A program made the position numbers and the translations under genes. Below are positions 29,267 through 38,452 of a DNA stretch of 64,000 bases, piece by piece. Location of the stretch: assembly GCA_015272195.1 (NCBI GenBank), contig JACYMC010000148.1:10159-74158 (forward strand), read 5' to 3'. Below the pieces are notes generated by a model, which was given only the letters and a program-made list of their open reading frames with translations, did no database searches and was not told the DNA's origin. Source of the stretch: Candidatus Sericytochromatia bacterium (GTDB lineage Bacteria > Cyanobacteriota > Sericytochromatia > UBA7694). Position 1 is the first letter of the stretch. The number at the start of each line of letters is the position of its first letter.

Positions 29267-31282
29267 ATGAAAATCAAAACTTACGCCAAGCTTTCAGCCG
29301 GTCTGGCCGCCACCACTCTGATCAGTGTCAGCTGTAACTCCAGTGCGGTTAATACGCCCACCACAAACCTGGAGCCAGGTGCGACATCCAGTGCTGCCGC
29401 TGTACCGGTTAATCCCCTGCCCAGTACCGGTGGCAGCCAGGGTGTACAGACATCTCCCACTGGCAGTGAAAGCACTGAGCCCGGCCTGAGTTTACCTCTG
29501 GGTGTGAACCCCAGCACCTGTCGGCCTCTGGCAACGGTTTCAGGTCCTTCCGGCGAAATCAGAGGGTATCTTAAAATATCTACCAGTCTCTCCTGCGTTG
29601 AGGGCGTTAAGCGCATTCAGTATATGTACCGCCTGAAACCCGTCGGCGAATTCAATATGCTGGGTGGAGCCCACACCCAGGCAGACTCCAGCTACGAATT
29701 CAATACCAGCACCCTGCCCGATGGTGAATACGAAATCGTCAGTAAAATTGAGCTGGATAACGGTGATATCCTGATGAGTGCTGCCCTGACGCTCACCATT
29801 GCCAACACTCAGATTGTTTCCGTCAGCGGTGGTGGCGGTGGTGGCACACCCACAAACACACAGCCCACCAACCCGGATAATAATAACAATAATCCCCCAC
29901 CGCAGGGTCCTGAAGCGCCTCTGACCATGCCTGAAGGCAACGTTGTGGTGGGTGCCGGCAAAACATTCCAGGTTGCGTCAGGCACACCCAAATTTATGCT
30001 GGATTTTGGCGGCAGCGCTTCTTCCAGTCCGCTGGTCGATCCTAATGGCAATACCTTTTTTGTGGCAGGCAATCAGTTTCTGTCTTTTGCCAGCAATGGT
30101 GCGCAAAGCGGGTCGGTCAGCCTGAGCTACACCCACGAGCAGGGCCATACGGTGTCAGACTTCAATGTCACCGCGCCTGCGGCCATGTTTGTTAAAGATG
30201 GCCAAACCCTGATTTACTTTGGCGACAATTATGGCCGGATTCATGTGATGGATGTGACCGATCCCAGCAACCCGGTGCGCAAATTTAATCCGCCGCCGCG
30301 CCTTGATATCGCCGCTTATAACGATACGCTGATTGACCCCAATCTCGCCAGCAGTATTTTGCAGGTGGAGTATACGGCACCGGCTCTGGATTGCGATGGT
30401 AACATGTACATGAACTCCCGCGATCGCCGCTTGCTGAAGCTGAATCTTCAGACGGGTGAGATCGATACCGTTATGGACCGCCTCAGTGTACCGGGCACTT
30501 TCCCTGCAGAGCAAACCCGCAACACACGCTATGCCAGCCCGGTGATAGATGTCGAGAATAATCGTGTACTGACCGGATCTCAGTATGGTTTTCATGTCAT
30601 TAACACCAATAACTTCAATGAAAAGTACAGCTTTGTCCCCACGACTGCCTGTCGCTCGGATGGTCAGTGCGACTATGCCGCAGCGCCTGTTGATCAGGCC
30701 ATCAACTCTCTGCTGGCTTTTGATAACCAGGGCTTTGCCTATGTGATCAGCGAAGCCGGTACGGTGTTTAAGCTGGATGTCAGCAAACTGGTTCAGAATC
30801 AGGACCCTGTGGTCTGGAGTGTTTTTGTGGGTGACGGCGACAACTCACCTGTGATTGGCACCGATGGGACGATTTACGTGGCGTCTGAAGCCGGTACCCT
30901 GACAGCCATTTCACCGGGCGGTGAAATTCTTTTCCGTATTGGCCTCAGCGGAGTGGTTGAATTTGCCTCGCCCGTGATTGGTCAGGGCCCTGATGGTGAG
31001 GATATTGTTTATATCGGCACCGAAAACGGGATGGTTTACGGCTTTAACGGCAGCCATGTGGCTGAAGGGGGCGTGCCTTTCAAGCAGGAGTTTACCCGCG
31101 ATGTTCAGGGCCCCATTCGCAATCATTTGGCCATGGGGCCTGACGGCAGCCTGTATGCCAGTTCTCTTGACGGTCGGGTACACGCTATGTACTCCAAGAG
31201 CACGGGGCTTTCCAGCACCGCACAATGGGCCAAAACCCAAAAAGATGCTTATGGCTCCGGGCGCATTGGTTCATGTCCATAA
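29267..31282 (+). CDS. Secreted lipoprotein (671 aa) with a PQQ-like beta-propeller
   Basis: MKIKTYAKLSAGLAATTLISVSCNSS (lipobox VSC). A poly-Gly/Asn/Pro linker (GGGGGTPTNTQPTNPDNNNNNPPPQ). Repeated ...DGTIYVASEAGTLTAISPGGEILFRIGLSG... / GMVYGFNGS motifs typical of PQQ propeller blades. Confidence 0.65.
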   Translation: MKIKTYAKLSAGLAATTLISVSCNSSAVNTPTTNLEPGATSSAAAVPVNPLPSTGGSQGVQTSPTGSESTEPGLSLPLGVNPSTCRPLATVSGPSGEIRGYLKISTSLSCVEGVKRIQYMYRLKPVGEFNMLGGAHTQADSSYEFNTSTLPDGEYEIVSKIELDNGDILMSAALTLTIANTQIVSVSGGGGGGTPTNTQPTNPDNNNNNPPPQGPEAPLTMPEGNVVVGAGKTFQVASGTPKFMLDFGGSASSSPLVDPNGNTFFVAGNQFLSFASNGAQSGSVSLSYTHEQGHTVSDFNVTAPAAMFVKDGQTLIYFGDNYGRIHVMDVTDPSNPVRKFNPPPRLDIAAYNDTLIDPNLASSILQVEYTAPALDCDGNMYMNSRDRRLLKLNLQTGEIDTVMDRLSVPGTFPAEQTRNTRYASPVIDVENNRVLTGSQYGFHVINTNNFNEKYSFVPTTACRSDGQCDYAAAPVDQAINSLLAFDNQGFAYVISEAGTVFKLDVSKLVQNQDPVVWSVFVGDGDNSPVIGTDGTIYVASEAGTLTAISPGGEILFRIGLSGVVEFASPVIGQGPDGEDIVYIGTENGMVYGFNGSHVAEGGVPFKQEFTRDVQGPIRNHLAMGPDGSLYASSLDGRVHAMYSKSTGLSSTAQWAKTQKDAYGSGRIGSCP

Positions 31283-33150
31283 GCCCCACAAGCTTTGAAT
31301 GGGAAATTCTTTCCGCGCTCAACGATTTACACACCCGGACTTTTGAACGGGCCCGTGAAACCTGCGAGCGCATCCTTAAAGCAGTGCCGGGACATCCTTA
31401 TGCCACACACTTGCTGGGTCTGATTGCTGAACACCAGGACGCACCAGAAGAAGCCATTCAACTGATGGCCGAATCCATTGCTCTGAAGCCGGAAGAAGCC
31501 AGCTTTCACTTCAATCAGGGGCTTATCTATAGTAAGCAGGAGCGTTATGCTGAAGCTGCCAGGGCTTTTGATAATGCCATCACCCAGCAGCCAGATTACC
31601 TCACAGCCTATCTTCAGCTGGGTCTTGCCCAGCTGAAGAGTGGTGAACAAACAGCTGCTCAGGCGGCTTTTGCCTATATTCTGGATCGCGAACCCGATCC
31701 GGAACTGCAGGAATACCTCCGTCAAAGTGGTGCTTCTGAGGCCACTCTGCTTCATTATCAGGGAGTTCTCAGCAGTGCTGCTGGGAACGAAACGGCAGCA
31801 GAACAAGCCTATCAGCAAGCCCTGGCTCTGGAGCCTGATCATGCACGGGCGCAACTGGGCCTTGCCCGGCTTTATCTTAAGCAGGCCCGCTATCAGGCGG
31901 CCAGGGATCTGCTTGAAACGCACCTGACACAGCATGCTTCTGCTGACGCCCGGCATTTGCTGGCCCAGGTTCTGAACCAGCAGCAAGCGTACACACAGGC
32001 CCATCAGCTGCTTGTGACAGCACTGCAGCAAGCGCCCGACAATCTTCAGTTGCAGCACAGCCTGGCCGAAAACCTGCTTTATGCCCGGCAGCAGGAAGAC
32101 TGTCTCAACGCCTGGCAGGATGTGGCCTGCACAAAATGGCGCGATCTCAGCTTTTTGCGCACCTCAATGGATCAAATCCAGAAAGCTCCCAACGCCGGCT
32201 TTTTGTTTCATCAGGCGCTGATCGCAGATTATCAGACGGCTGAGAGCCTGTTGACGGCGCTGGAGCCTGAAAGCCAGGCTTACCTGCATTGTCAGGCCTT
32301 TAAAGATTTTTGTGGCCAGGCTCTCAACGAGCTCGATGTCTGGAAAACAACGCAGGCTCCCCTGGAAAATATCTGGGGGATTGAAGGCGTTGAGCAGGCC
32401 GAGCCTTTTGAAGCCATTCATATTGCTCTGTTTGAACGTCTTTGTTATTTGCGGGCCCATCTGCTGGATCAGCAGATTCCCCGCTGGTCTGCCTCAGAAA
32501 TGGCATCATCACAGCCTGTTCTGGCTTTGTCTTCAGCGGCCTGCCAAAAGCTTGAGCAGGACTTTCTGGCCTATTTTCCGCCTTTTGCCACTGCGGATCA
32601 TGTTTTGACAGACAGTGCGCTGAAGACCCTGCAGACTTTTTACGCCACCTTTCCGCTGGCGCATATTTTCTGGCGGCAGCCCTATACTCTCTATGCGGAC
32701 CTCAGTGATGGTATTTTGCACCCTTTACTCTGGCAGCTGAGCACGGAACTACAGCAGGCATTGCCCCAGTTGCTGCAGCAGCGTGGCCTGAAACAGCTCT
32801 GGCTGGAGCAGGTCTTTGCCGGCCAGTCAGAACGTGCCGACTATGCTGTGCAGTCCACCACAGAACATCTGCTCGTCAAACTGTGGTTGCAGGTCCAGCC
32901 CCAGCAGGAAGAAATCCGCATCTTTGATGTCAAACTGCCAGACTTTGAAAATGCTGCACAAACCCGGCAGCTGCTGTCAGATCAGCGCGGCATGCAGGCG
33001 CTGCTGAATCAGGCCAGAAAGGTTTATACTACCGCTTCAGCCGAAAATCGCCTGCTGCTGATGCAAGGCAATCTGCTGTATCAGCACCGTTTTGTGAATG
33101 CAGGCCAAAGCGCGGGGCTCTGCCTGAGCCTGCTTTTTGGTCCCGTCTAA
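31273..33150 (+). CDS. TPR-repeat protein (~626 aa)
   Basis: Start at ATG 31273 (MSISPTSFEW), overlapping the upstream stop by 10 nt. Multiple 34-aa TPR units (AIQLMAESIALKPEEASFHFNQGLIYSKQERYAEAARAFDNAITQQPDY...). Confidence 0.7.
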   Translation: MSISPTSFEWEILSALNDLHTRTFERARETCERILKAVPGHPYATHLLGLIAEHQDAPEEAIQLMAESIALKPEEASFHFNQGLIYSKQERYAEAARAFDNAITQQPDYLTAYLQLGLAQLKSGEQTAAQAAFAYILDREPDPELQEYLRQSGASEATLLHYQGVLSSAAGNETAAEQAYQQALALEPDHARAQLGLARLYLKQARYQAARDLLETHLTQHASADARHLLAQVLNQQQAYTQAHQLLVTALQQAPDNLQLQHSLAENLLYARQQEDCLNAWQDVACTKWRDLSFLRTSMDQIQKAPNAGFLFHQALIADYQTAESLLTALEPESQAYLHCQAFKDFCGQALNELDVWKTTQAPLENIWGIEGVEQAEPFEAIHIALFERLCYLRAHLLDQQIPRWSASEMASSQPVLALSSAACQKLEQDFLAYFPPFATADHVLTDSALKTLQTFYATFPLAHIFWRQPYTLYADLSDGILHPLLWQLSTELQQALPQLLQQRGLKQLWLEQVFAGQSERADYAVQSTTEHLLVKLWLQVQPQQEEIRIFDVKLPDFENAAQTRQLLSDQRGMQALLNQARKVYTTASAENRLLLMQGNLLYQHRFVNAGQSAGLCLSLLFGPV

Positions 33151-33151
33151 T

Positions 33152-33772
33152 ATGCTGCCTCCGGAAGCCCTGTCTGCTCAGGGACTGCTCTATGTCAAAC
33201 GGCAGTTTCTGACGCTGGCAGAATGCCAGCAGCTTGTTTCAGATCTGCATCAGTCAGAGCACGCCCCCTCTCTGACTTACTACGCACATTCAGGCCCTGT
33301 GGTGGATGCCTCTTATCGCAGCACCCGTGAGATCAACGTCTCCAGGCACGTGAGAGATCAGGTGGTGCAAAAGCTGATCGTGTTGCATCAGGAAATGCAG
33401 GACTATTTTCAGCTCCAGTTTGTGAATATGGAAGGCCTGCAGTTTCTGAGCTACCAACCGGGTGACTTTTTTAAAGCCCACCGCGATAACCACAGCAGCC
33501 CCAATCCGCTGGCTGAACGCAAGCTAAGTTTGTTGTTATTTCTTAATGCGCCAAAAGAAGCGCTGACAGACTCGCTGCCAGCGGAGCTTTATGACTACGA
33601 AGGCGGGCTGTTGGTGTTTTATCGCCCGTCACGCCGTCCGCCTTACCAGCCTGTAGGCATGCCTTTACAGGTGGCTCCGGGCATGCTGATCGGTTTTCGG
33701 CCGGACGTTTTGCACGAAGTCACCCCCGTGATTTCGGGGCAGCGCTTTACCATTGTGACCTGGCTGTCCTGA
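33152..33772 (+). CDS. Prolyl 4-hydroxylase-like Fe(II)/2OG oxygenase (P4Hc/PKHD-type)
   Basis: 206 aa. The ATG lies 1 nt after the TPR-gene stop. YQPGDFFKAHRDN (HxD), LLLFLN, YEGGLLVF, DVLHEV (distal His), RFTIVTW (2OG-binding Arg). Full-length match to the P4H-alpha C-terminal domain architecture. Confidence 0.8.
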   Translation: MLPPEALSAQGLLYVKRQFLTLAECQQLVSDLHQSEHAPSLTYYAHSGPVVDASYRSTREINVSRHVRDQVVQKLIVLHQEMQDYFQLQFVNMEGLQFLSYQPGDFFKAHRDNHSSPNPLAERKLSLLLFLNAPKEALTDSLPAELYDYEGGLLVFYRPSRRPPYQPVGMPLQVAPGMLIGFRPDVLHEVTPVISGQRFTIVTWLS

Positions 33773-33843
33773 CAAGTGCGTCCTTTCTCCGGTATGATAA
33801 CTACGAGCTGCTGAGAGTCTCCCCGACATTGTGGAGGTCATTC

Positions 33844-34764
33844 ATGGATTTGCACGTCTTACAACAGGTGAACCGTTCAGAGCATCTGCACGCCCGTCAC
33901 GAAAAAGCCCGACAGATTTACCAGCTCGGGCTGGAATATCTGAAGCGGGCCCAGGCTGATGAGCTGGACCGCGTTTTATTGCGCAATGCTGCCCGCTGCT
34001 TTGCGGCAGCTATTGAGCACAATCGTAAAGATGCCCGCCCTTTGTTGAAACAGGCTTATCTCTTTTTGCTGACGGGCAATGGACGCAAAGCTGTCAAATA
34101 TCTGCAGGAAGCCCAGCGACTGTTGCCACCAGAACACCCCGAACTGCAGCGTCTGCTGCAATATGCCCAGCGCCCTGCCCAGCAGAAAAAAAGCGCGCGT
34201 CACTCGCAACATACGGGACCCAACCCTGATAAGCTCAAAGCACTGTATCAAAAAACAGAGGCCGAGCTGGACCGCCTGATGGCCAGGGCTTACCGGGAAC
34301 TGCCGAATCTGCAGCCCACCTGGGCCAGTCCGGTCTGGCGTGGATACTGCAAACTGCAGCAGGAGTACGATGCAGCTTATCAAAAGCTGTGTGATCGTCT
34401 GGATCAGCTCTCACCCTACATGGATACCCAGCGTCTGGATCAGCAATTGCAAAAGCTCGAAATCAGCCTCAACCGCCTGGATGACGTCTGTGAGCACTCC
34501 GAAACCATGGTCAAACTGCGGCAGCGTATCGAAGCCGCACAACAGGCACTGGAACACAAGCTTACGCTGGCCCGCAGTGCCCAGTTGAGCGCCGAAGCGC
34601 TGCAACAGGCACTGACAGACGACGCCAACCTTTGTGATGAACTGGCTGATGAGCTGGATATGCTGGAAGGATCAGGTTTTAACGTGGCCGCACTGATACC
34701 GGGTTATGAAGCGTTGGTGAGCGCTTATCAGGCACTTGAACAGCACCAAGGAGGCATCGCATGA
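33844..34764 (+). CDS. Hypothetical coiled-coil protein
   Basis: GGAGG RBS 6 nt before ATG 33844 (the listed ORF begins at an upstream TTG, 33829). Alpha-helical, Gln/Leu/Arg-rich. No known motif. Confidence 0.55.
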   Translation: MDLHVLQQVNRSEHLHARHEKARQIYQLGLEYLKRAQADELDRVLLRNAARCFAAAIEHNRKDARPLLKQAYLFLLTGNGRKAVKYLQEAQRLLPPEHPELQRLLQYAQRPAQQKKSARHSQHTGPNPDKLKALYQKTEAELDRLMARAYRELPNLQPTWASPVWRGYCKLQQEYDAAYQKLCDRLDQLSPYMDTQRLDQQLQKLEISLNRLDDVCEHSETMVKLRQRIEAAQQALEHKLTLARSAQLSAEALQQALTDDANLCDELADELDMLEGSGFNVAALIPGYEALVSAYQALEQHQGGIA

Positions 34765-35273
34765 ATATCTCAGGCGCCAACCCCATGCAGAACCTGGCAC
34801 CGCTGCAGCAGCCCCAGGTTGTGCGCGCCCCCCAGGCTCCTCAGCAAACAGAAGCGCCCAAAGCCCCGCCGCCGGCTGAGCGACCTGTTCAGAGTCAGGC
34901 GGAAGCCCCCGTTCAGCCCACCGAAGACATGCAGGAATTGGTTGCCGATCTGAGCACAGAAGCCCTTGAAACAGATGTGCCCGAACTGGAAGGTGAAGAC
35001 ACAGGTCTGGACGATGAACCCCTGGAAGACCTGGACGATCTGGCAGAAGACCTGGGCGTGGAAATTGAGGAGAGCGAAGAAGCTGAAGGCGAAGTAGAAG
35101 AGCTCTCTGAAGCGGATGAAGAAGACGAGGTGGAAGAAGACGAAGAGGATGAGCTCGGCGATAAACCTGAAGGTGAAGGCCACGGACAGGCCGAAGCAGA
35201 TGATGAAGAGGAAGATGAAGACGAGGACGAAGAAACAGAAGCTCACGCTGAAGGTGACGATACCAGACCGTGA
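34761..35273 (+). CDS. Highly acidic (Glu/Asp-rich) small protein
   Basis: 170 aa. ATGA overlap with the upstream gene. The C-terminal half is nearly all E/D (EEDEVEEDEEDELGD...DDEEEDEDEDEETEAH). The N-terminus is Pro/Gln-rich. Confidence 0.55.
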   Translation: MNISGANPMQNLAPLQQPQVVRAPQAPQQTEAPKAPPPAERPVQSQAEAPVQPTEDMQELVADLSTEALETDVPELEGEDTGLDDEPLEDLDDLAEDLGVEIEESEEAEGEVEELSEADEEDEVEEDEEDELGDKPEGEGHGQAEADDEEEDEDEDEETEAHAEGDDTRP

Positions 35274-36313
35274 GTAAGCAGATTGATCTGGCTATGCCTG
35301 CCGATCTGCCGCAGCTTCAGGCCATCTTACGCCAGGTTCCCGTGGGCTCAGCCAGTCAGGCCTATACCTTGCGGCGTGAACCTGACTTTTTTGGCCTGCT
35401 GAATTTTCAGGGCTTGGACCATCGCATTCTGGTGGCGCGTTCTTCAGCAGAATCTGAGCGCATTGTCGGGCTGATGAGTGTGATTCTGGAGCGGGTCTAT
35501 CTGGAGGGCCAGGTGCGTCAGGTGGCTTATACAGGGGATTTACGTTTGCTGCCCGAAGCCCGCGGCCACGGCCTGGCAGATGCTCTGATGCAGGAGGCCA
35601 TTGTTCAGGCCAGACAAATGGGCGGCGAAGATATCCCGGTATTTACCTGTGTGGCCACAGACAACCCGGCCGGTCTGCGCAAAAATCAGAAGCTGGCTGC
35701 CAGTATGGGGTTGACCATGCACGAATTGACCCGCCTGAATGCCTGTTTTTTTACGGCTTTGCCCTTGCTGCAGCGCAAGCCAGCGGGTCTCAGGCTGCGC
35801 TGTGCTGAAGCCCAGGATATGCCGGCCATGGCAGCCCTCTGGGCTGAGCTGGCCCCCCGACGCCACCTCAGCCGGGCCTATGCCGACTGGTCGACAGATA
35901 CTCACTTCCCGCCTTTGCGGCCACAGGATTGGCTGCTGGCAGAGTACAAGGGCCGGCTGATCGGATTTATGGGGCTCTGGCAGCAGCAGGCCCTGCGCCA
36001 GGTGCATTTATTGCAGCTGCCTTTGCCCCTGCGCCTGCTGGGCCAAAGCCCCTCGGGCCCTTTAAAACTGGCCCATGCGGTGCACCTTTGCCTGCAGCCG
36101 GCTTATCGCAACTATTTGCCTGAACTGGTCAAACACGGCCTGCAAATCATTCGCCAGCGGGGCGCGCTGGTTCTGGCGATGGCTATGGATACGCAAGATC
36201 CGTTGACCGAGTGGCTACCTATGTCATTGGGGCGTACTTCTGAGTTGCGCCTGCTGGGATCCTGTCTGCCGGATCCCGCTTATCCTTATCATGTGGAGAC
36301 GGCACTTGGCTAA
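35270..36313 (+). CDS. Tandem GNAT-fold N-acetyltransferase
   Basis: GTG start overlapping the upstream stop (GTGA). RGHGLADALMQEAIVQARQMG resembles GNAT motif A. A second GNAT-like half lies in the C-terminal region. Confidence 0.6.
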   Translation: MSKQIDLAMPADLPQLQAILRQVPVGSASQAYTLRREPDFFGLLNFQGLDHRILVARSSAESERIVGLMSVILERVYLEGQVRQVAYTGDLRLLPEARGHGLADALMQEAIVQARQMGGEDIPVFTCVATDNPAGLRKNQKLAASMGLTMHELTRLNACFFTALPLLQRKPAGLRLRCAEAQDMPAMAALWAELAPRRHLSRAYADWSTDTHFPPLRPQDWLLAEYKGRLIGFMGLWQQQALRQVHLLQLPLPLRLLGQSPSGPLKLAHAVHLCLQPAYRNYLPELVKHGLQIIRQRGALVLAMAMDTQDPLTEWLPMSLGRTSELRLLGSCLPDPAYPYHVETALG

Positions 36314-37127
36314 TCACTACGCGCTTTTGCAATCGGTTTACTTTAAACTTCCTCCGACTGAAGTACCGGGTGAGGCCGGGGCCCTGGCTAATCCCCCTGT
36401 GCAAAGCATTATACCAGCCATCCAGCGCCTGGGCGCGTTATGCAAAATGGGCGTGATGGGTGCAGACATTGCCCTGTTGCTGCTGCGCTTTTCAAAGCTG
36501 ATTCTGAATCCCAACGATATCTCCCCGATTTTTAAAGGCAGCTCTTTTTTAAAGCACAAAAGTTTTCAGCTCTCGCTGCAGACCTTTTATGAAGATCCTG
36601 AAACAGCAGAGTTGCTGCGCACGCGCTATCTTTCAGAAGCACCTTATGATCTTGATGTTCTGCTGCAGCTGCCGCCAGACACCCTGGGCCATGCCTTTGC
36701 CAGTCATATGCGCAGCAATCAACTGGAAGTGGTTTTTTACCCGCCGCTCGAAAAAACCGACGATGACGATATTGCCTATCTGCGTCGCCGGGCCCGCCAG
36801 ACGCACGATATTCATCATGTGGTGCTGGGCTATCCGGCCATTGATGTGGGCGAGATGGCGATTTCTGCTTTTTATCTCTCGCAGCACCGGGTGCCGCTTT
36901 CGGCTTTGCTGATTGGTTTTGGTTTTTTATACACTATTTTGCGTGAACCCCAGCGCATTGAAGAGCTGATTAAAGCCATTGAAACCGGCTGGCAGGCCGG
37001 TCAGCAGGCCCGCCGCCTGCTGGGCATCCGCTGGGAGGAGTACTGGGAAACCCCCCTGGAAACGCTGCGCCAGGAGCTGCGTATTCCGCTGCCGCCGCCA
37101 ATTTTTACGCAAGGAGCCAAGTCATGA
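36291..37127 (+). CDS. Coq4-family protein (ubiquinone biosynthesis Coq4 homologue; putative metal-binding HDxxH)
   Basis: 278 aa. RRRARQTHDIHHVVLGYPAIDVGEMAISAFYLSQ matches the Coq4 HDxxH-(x)n-E signature. Overlaps the GNAT gene by 23 nt. Confidence 0.6.
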   Translation: MWRRHLANHYALLQSVYFKLPPTEVPGEAGALANPPVQSIIPAIQRLGALCKMGVMGADIALLLLRFSKLILNPNDISPIFKGSSFLKHKSFQLSLQTFYEDPETAELLRTRYLSEAPYDLDVLLQLPPDTLGHAFASHMRSNQLEVVFYPPLEKTDDDDIAYLRRRARQTHDIHHVVLGYPAIDVGEMAISAFYLSQHRVPLSALLIGFGFLYTILREPQRIEELIKAIETGWQAGQQARRLLGIRWEEYWETPLETLRQELRIPLPPPIFTQGAKS

Positions 37128-38431
37128 GCAATCTGTCCATTGCCCGTCTGACGCCACCGACAAACTATTCTGCAGGTCGTCCTGAGCCAGCCAGCCCGGC
37201 TGACAGGTCCACATCCCAGGCGCCTGCCCGTGAAGCTGTCAGCGATAAAAGCGCCGTGTCGGCCGCTCAGGGCACAGCCCCGGCCCAGCTGCCCTGGGTA
37301 GATGGGGTCACCGCCTTACAGCCTGCCAGTTCCAGTCAGGTCAAAGCGGCGATTCAAAACGCGATTGAACAAAGCTTTGCTCGTGTCCCGGATCGCCCAG
37401 GTGAAAATCGCCATCAGCTCAACGCCCGCCTGCAGGCGGATGCGGGTGCGGGGGCCAAAGGCGCCCGACCCCATTACAATGGGGCGGATATCATTGTGAT
37501 TGCTTTTGAGGGTACCGGGGCTTTTGAGCCCCGTCAGGCGCCGGTTATGCAGGCCACGGTTGAAATTCTGCGTCAGCAGGGCCTGGGGTTGAGCGGTACA
37601 GCAAGCGCTCTGAATTATCTGGTGGACCAGGCGCTCGACAGCAAAACCGGTCAGACCGGAAAATGGTCCGGCCTGGCTGCCGGTCCGCTCGAAAGCCTGC
37701 TGAACGATGATGCGCTGGCGGCACAGACCCAGTGGTTCAGTTTTGCCTCTGAAGAGTTTGAGGTCCTGGCCGGGGACAATCCCACCGAGCAATTGGCACC
37801 CAGACAATTGCTGGCTGAAATCCAGGGCAGCCTTAGCGGTCAGACACCGGGCATTTCACAGGCGCTGAAGGCTGTTCAGGCCCTGCGCGAGCAGGCCCAG
37901 GCCCAGGGCAAAACACCCCGCTTTGTGATTGTCAGCCACAGCAGCGGCGGGCGCAGCGCGGTCAAGTTTATGGAGCAGGCCAAAGCCTTGCCTGCCATCA
38001 ACGGCCAGGCGTTTAACAGTCCGCTGCTCTTTAGCATTGACCCTGTGCGTGAGGCCCATGAAGCGTTGGGCGAGGCCCTGAGTGATGTCTACCTGCGTGC
38101 GGGTACCCAGCACAATCTCAACCGTCTGCGCGGCTTGCTGGGCTGGGCGCCGGCTCCCGTCAAACATCCTGCCGTACAGTCTCAGCCTCAGCCCGAAAGC
38201 CTCTATAAACCCGGAAACGCCCAGAAGGCCATCAATTTTTATCAGCGTCAGGATCGCGAAGGGCTGAAAATGGATGCCGTTCGCTTTGGCATTCACGGCA
38301 GCCCGCTGGCGCGGGGTGAAAACATTGAGATCAAAGGGGTGGGCAGTGCCGGACACGGAGAAATTGCCTACCAGCAGCAGGTGACTAATCGCTTTCTGGC
38401 CGAGTTGCGCAAACTGACGCCCGGACCCTGA
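37124..38431 (+). CDS. Putative alpha/beta-hydrolase (GxSxG nucleophile motif)
   Basis: 435 aa. ATGA overlap. FVIVSHSSGGRSA (GxSxG, ~37931-37950). The N-terminal 100 aa are low-complexity Ala/Pro/Ser-rich. No signal peptide is evident. Confidence 0.45.
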   Translation: MSNLSIARLTPPTNYSAGRPEPASPADRSTSQAPAREAVSDKSAVSAAQGTAPAQLPWVDGVTALQPASSSQVKAAIQNAIEQSFARVPDRPGENRHQLNARLQADAGAGAKGARPHYNGADIIVIAFEGTGAFEPRQAPVMQATVEILRQQGLGLSGTASALNYLVDQALDSKTGQTGKWSGLAAGPLESLLNDDALAAQTQWFSFASEEFEVLAGDNPTEQLAPRQLLAEIQGSLSGQTPGISQALKAVQALREQAQAQGKTPRFVIVSHSSGGRSAVKFMEQAKALPAINGQAFNSPLLFSIDPVREAHEALGEALSDVYLRAGTQHNLNRLRGLLGWAPAPVKHPAVQSQPQPESLYKPGNAQKAINFYQRQDREGLKMDAVRFGIHGSPLARGENIEIKGVGSAGHGEIAYQQQVTNRFLAELRKLTPGP

Positions 38432-38452
38432 GACAGTGACCGAAAGCCTGGC

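Noticed and set aside
31225-31272. Upstream extension (MGQNPKRCLWLRAHWF) of the TPR gene ORF
   Set aside because: It overlaps the end of the preceding lipoprotein gene by 58 nt. The ATG at 31273 gives a conventional 10-nt overlap and starts where the TPR sequence begins.
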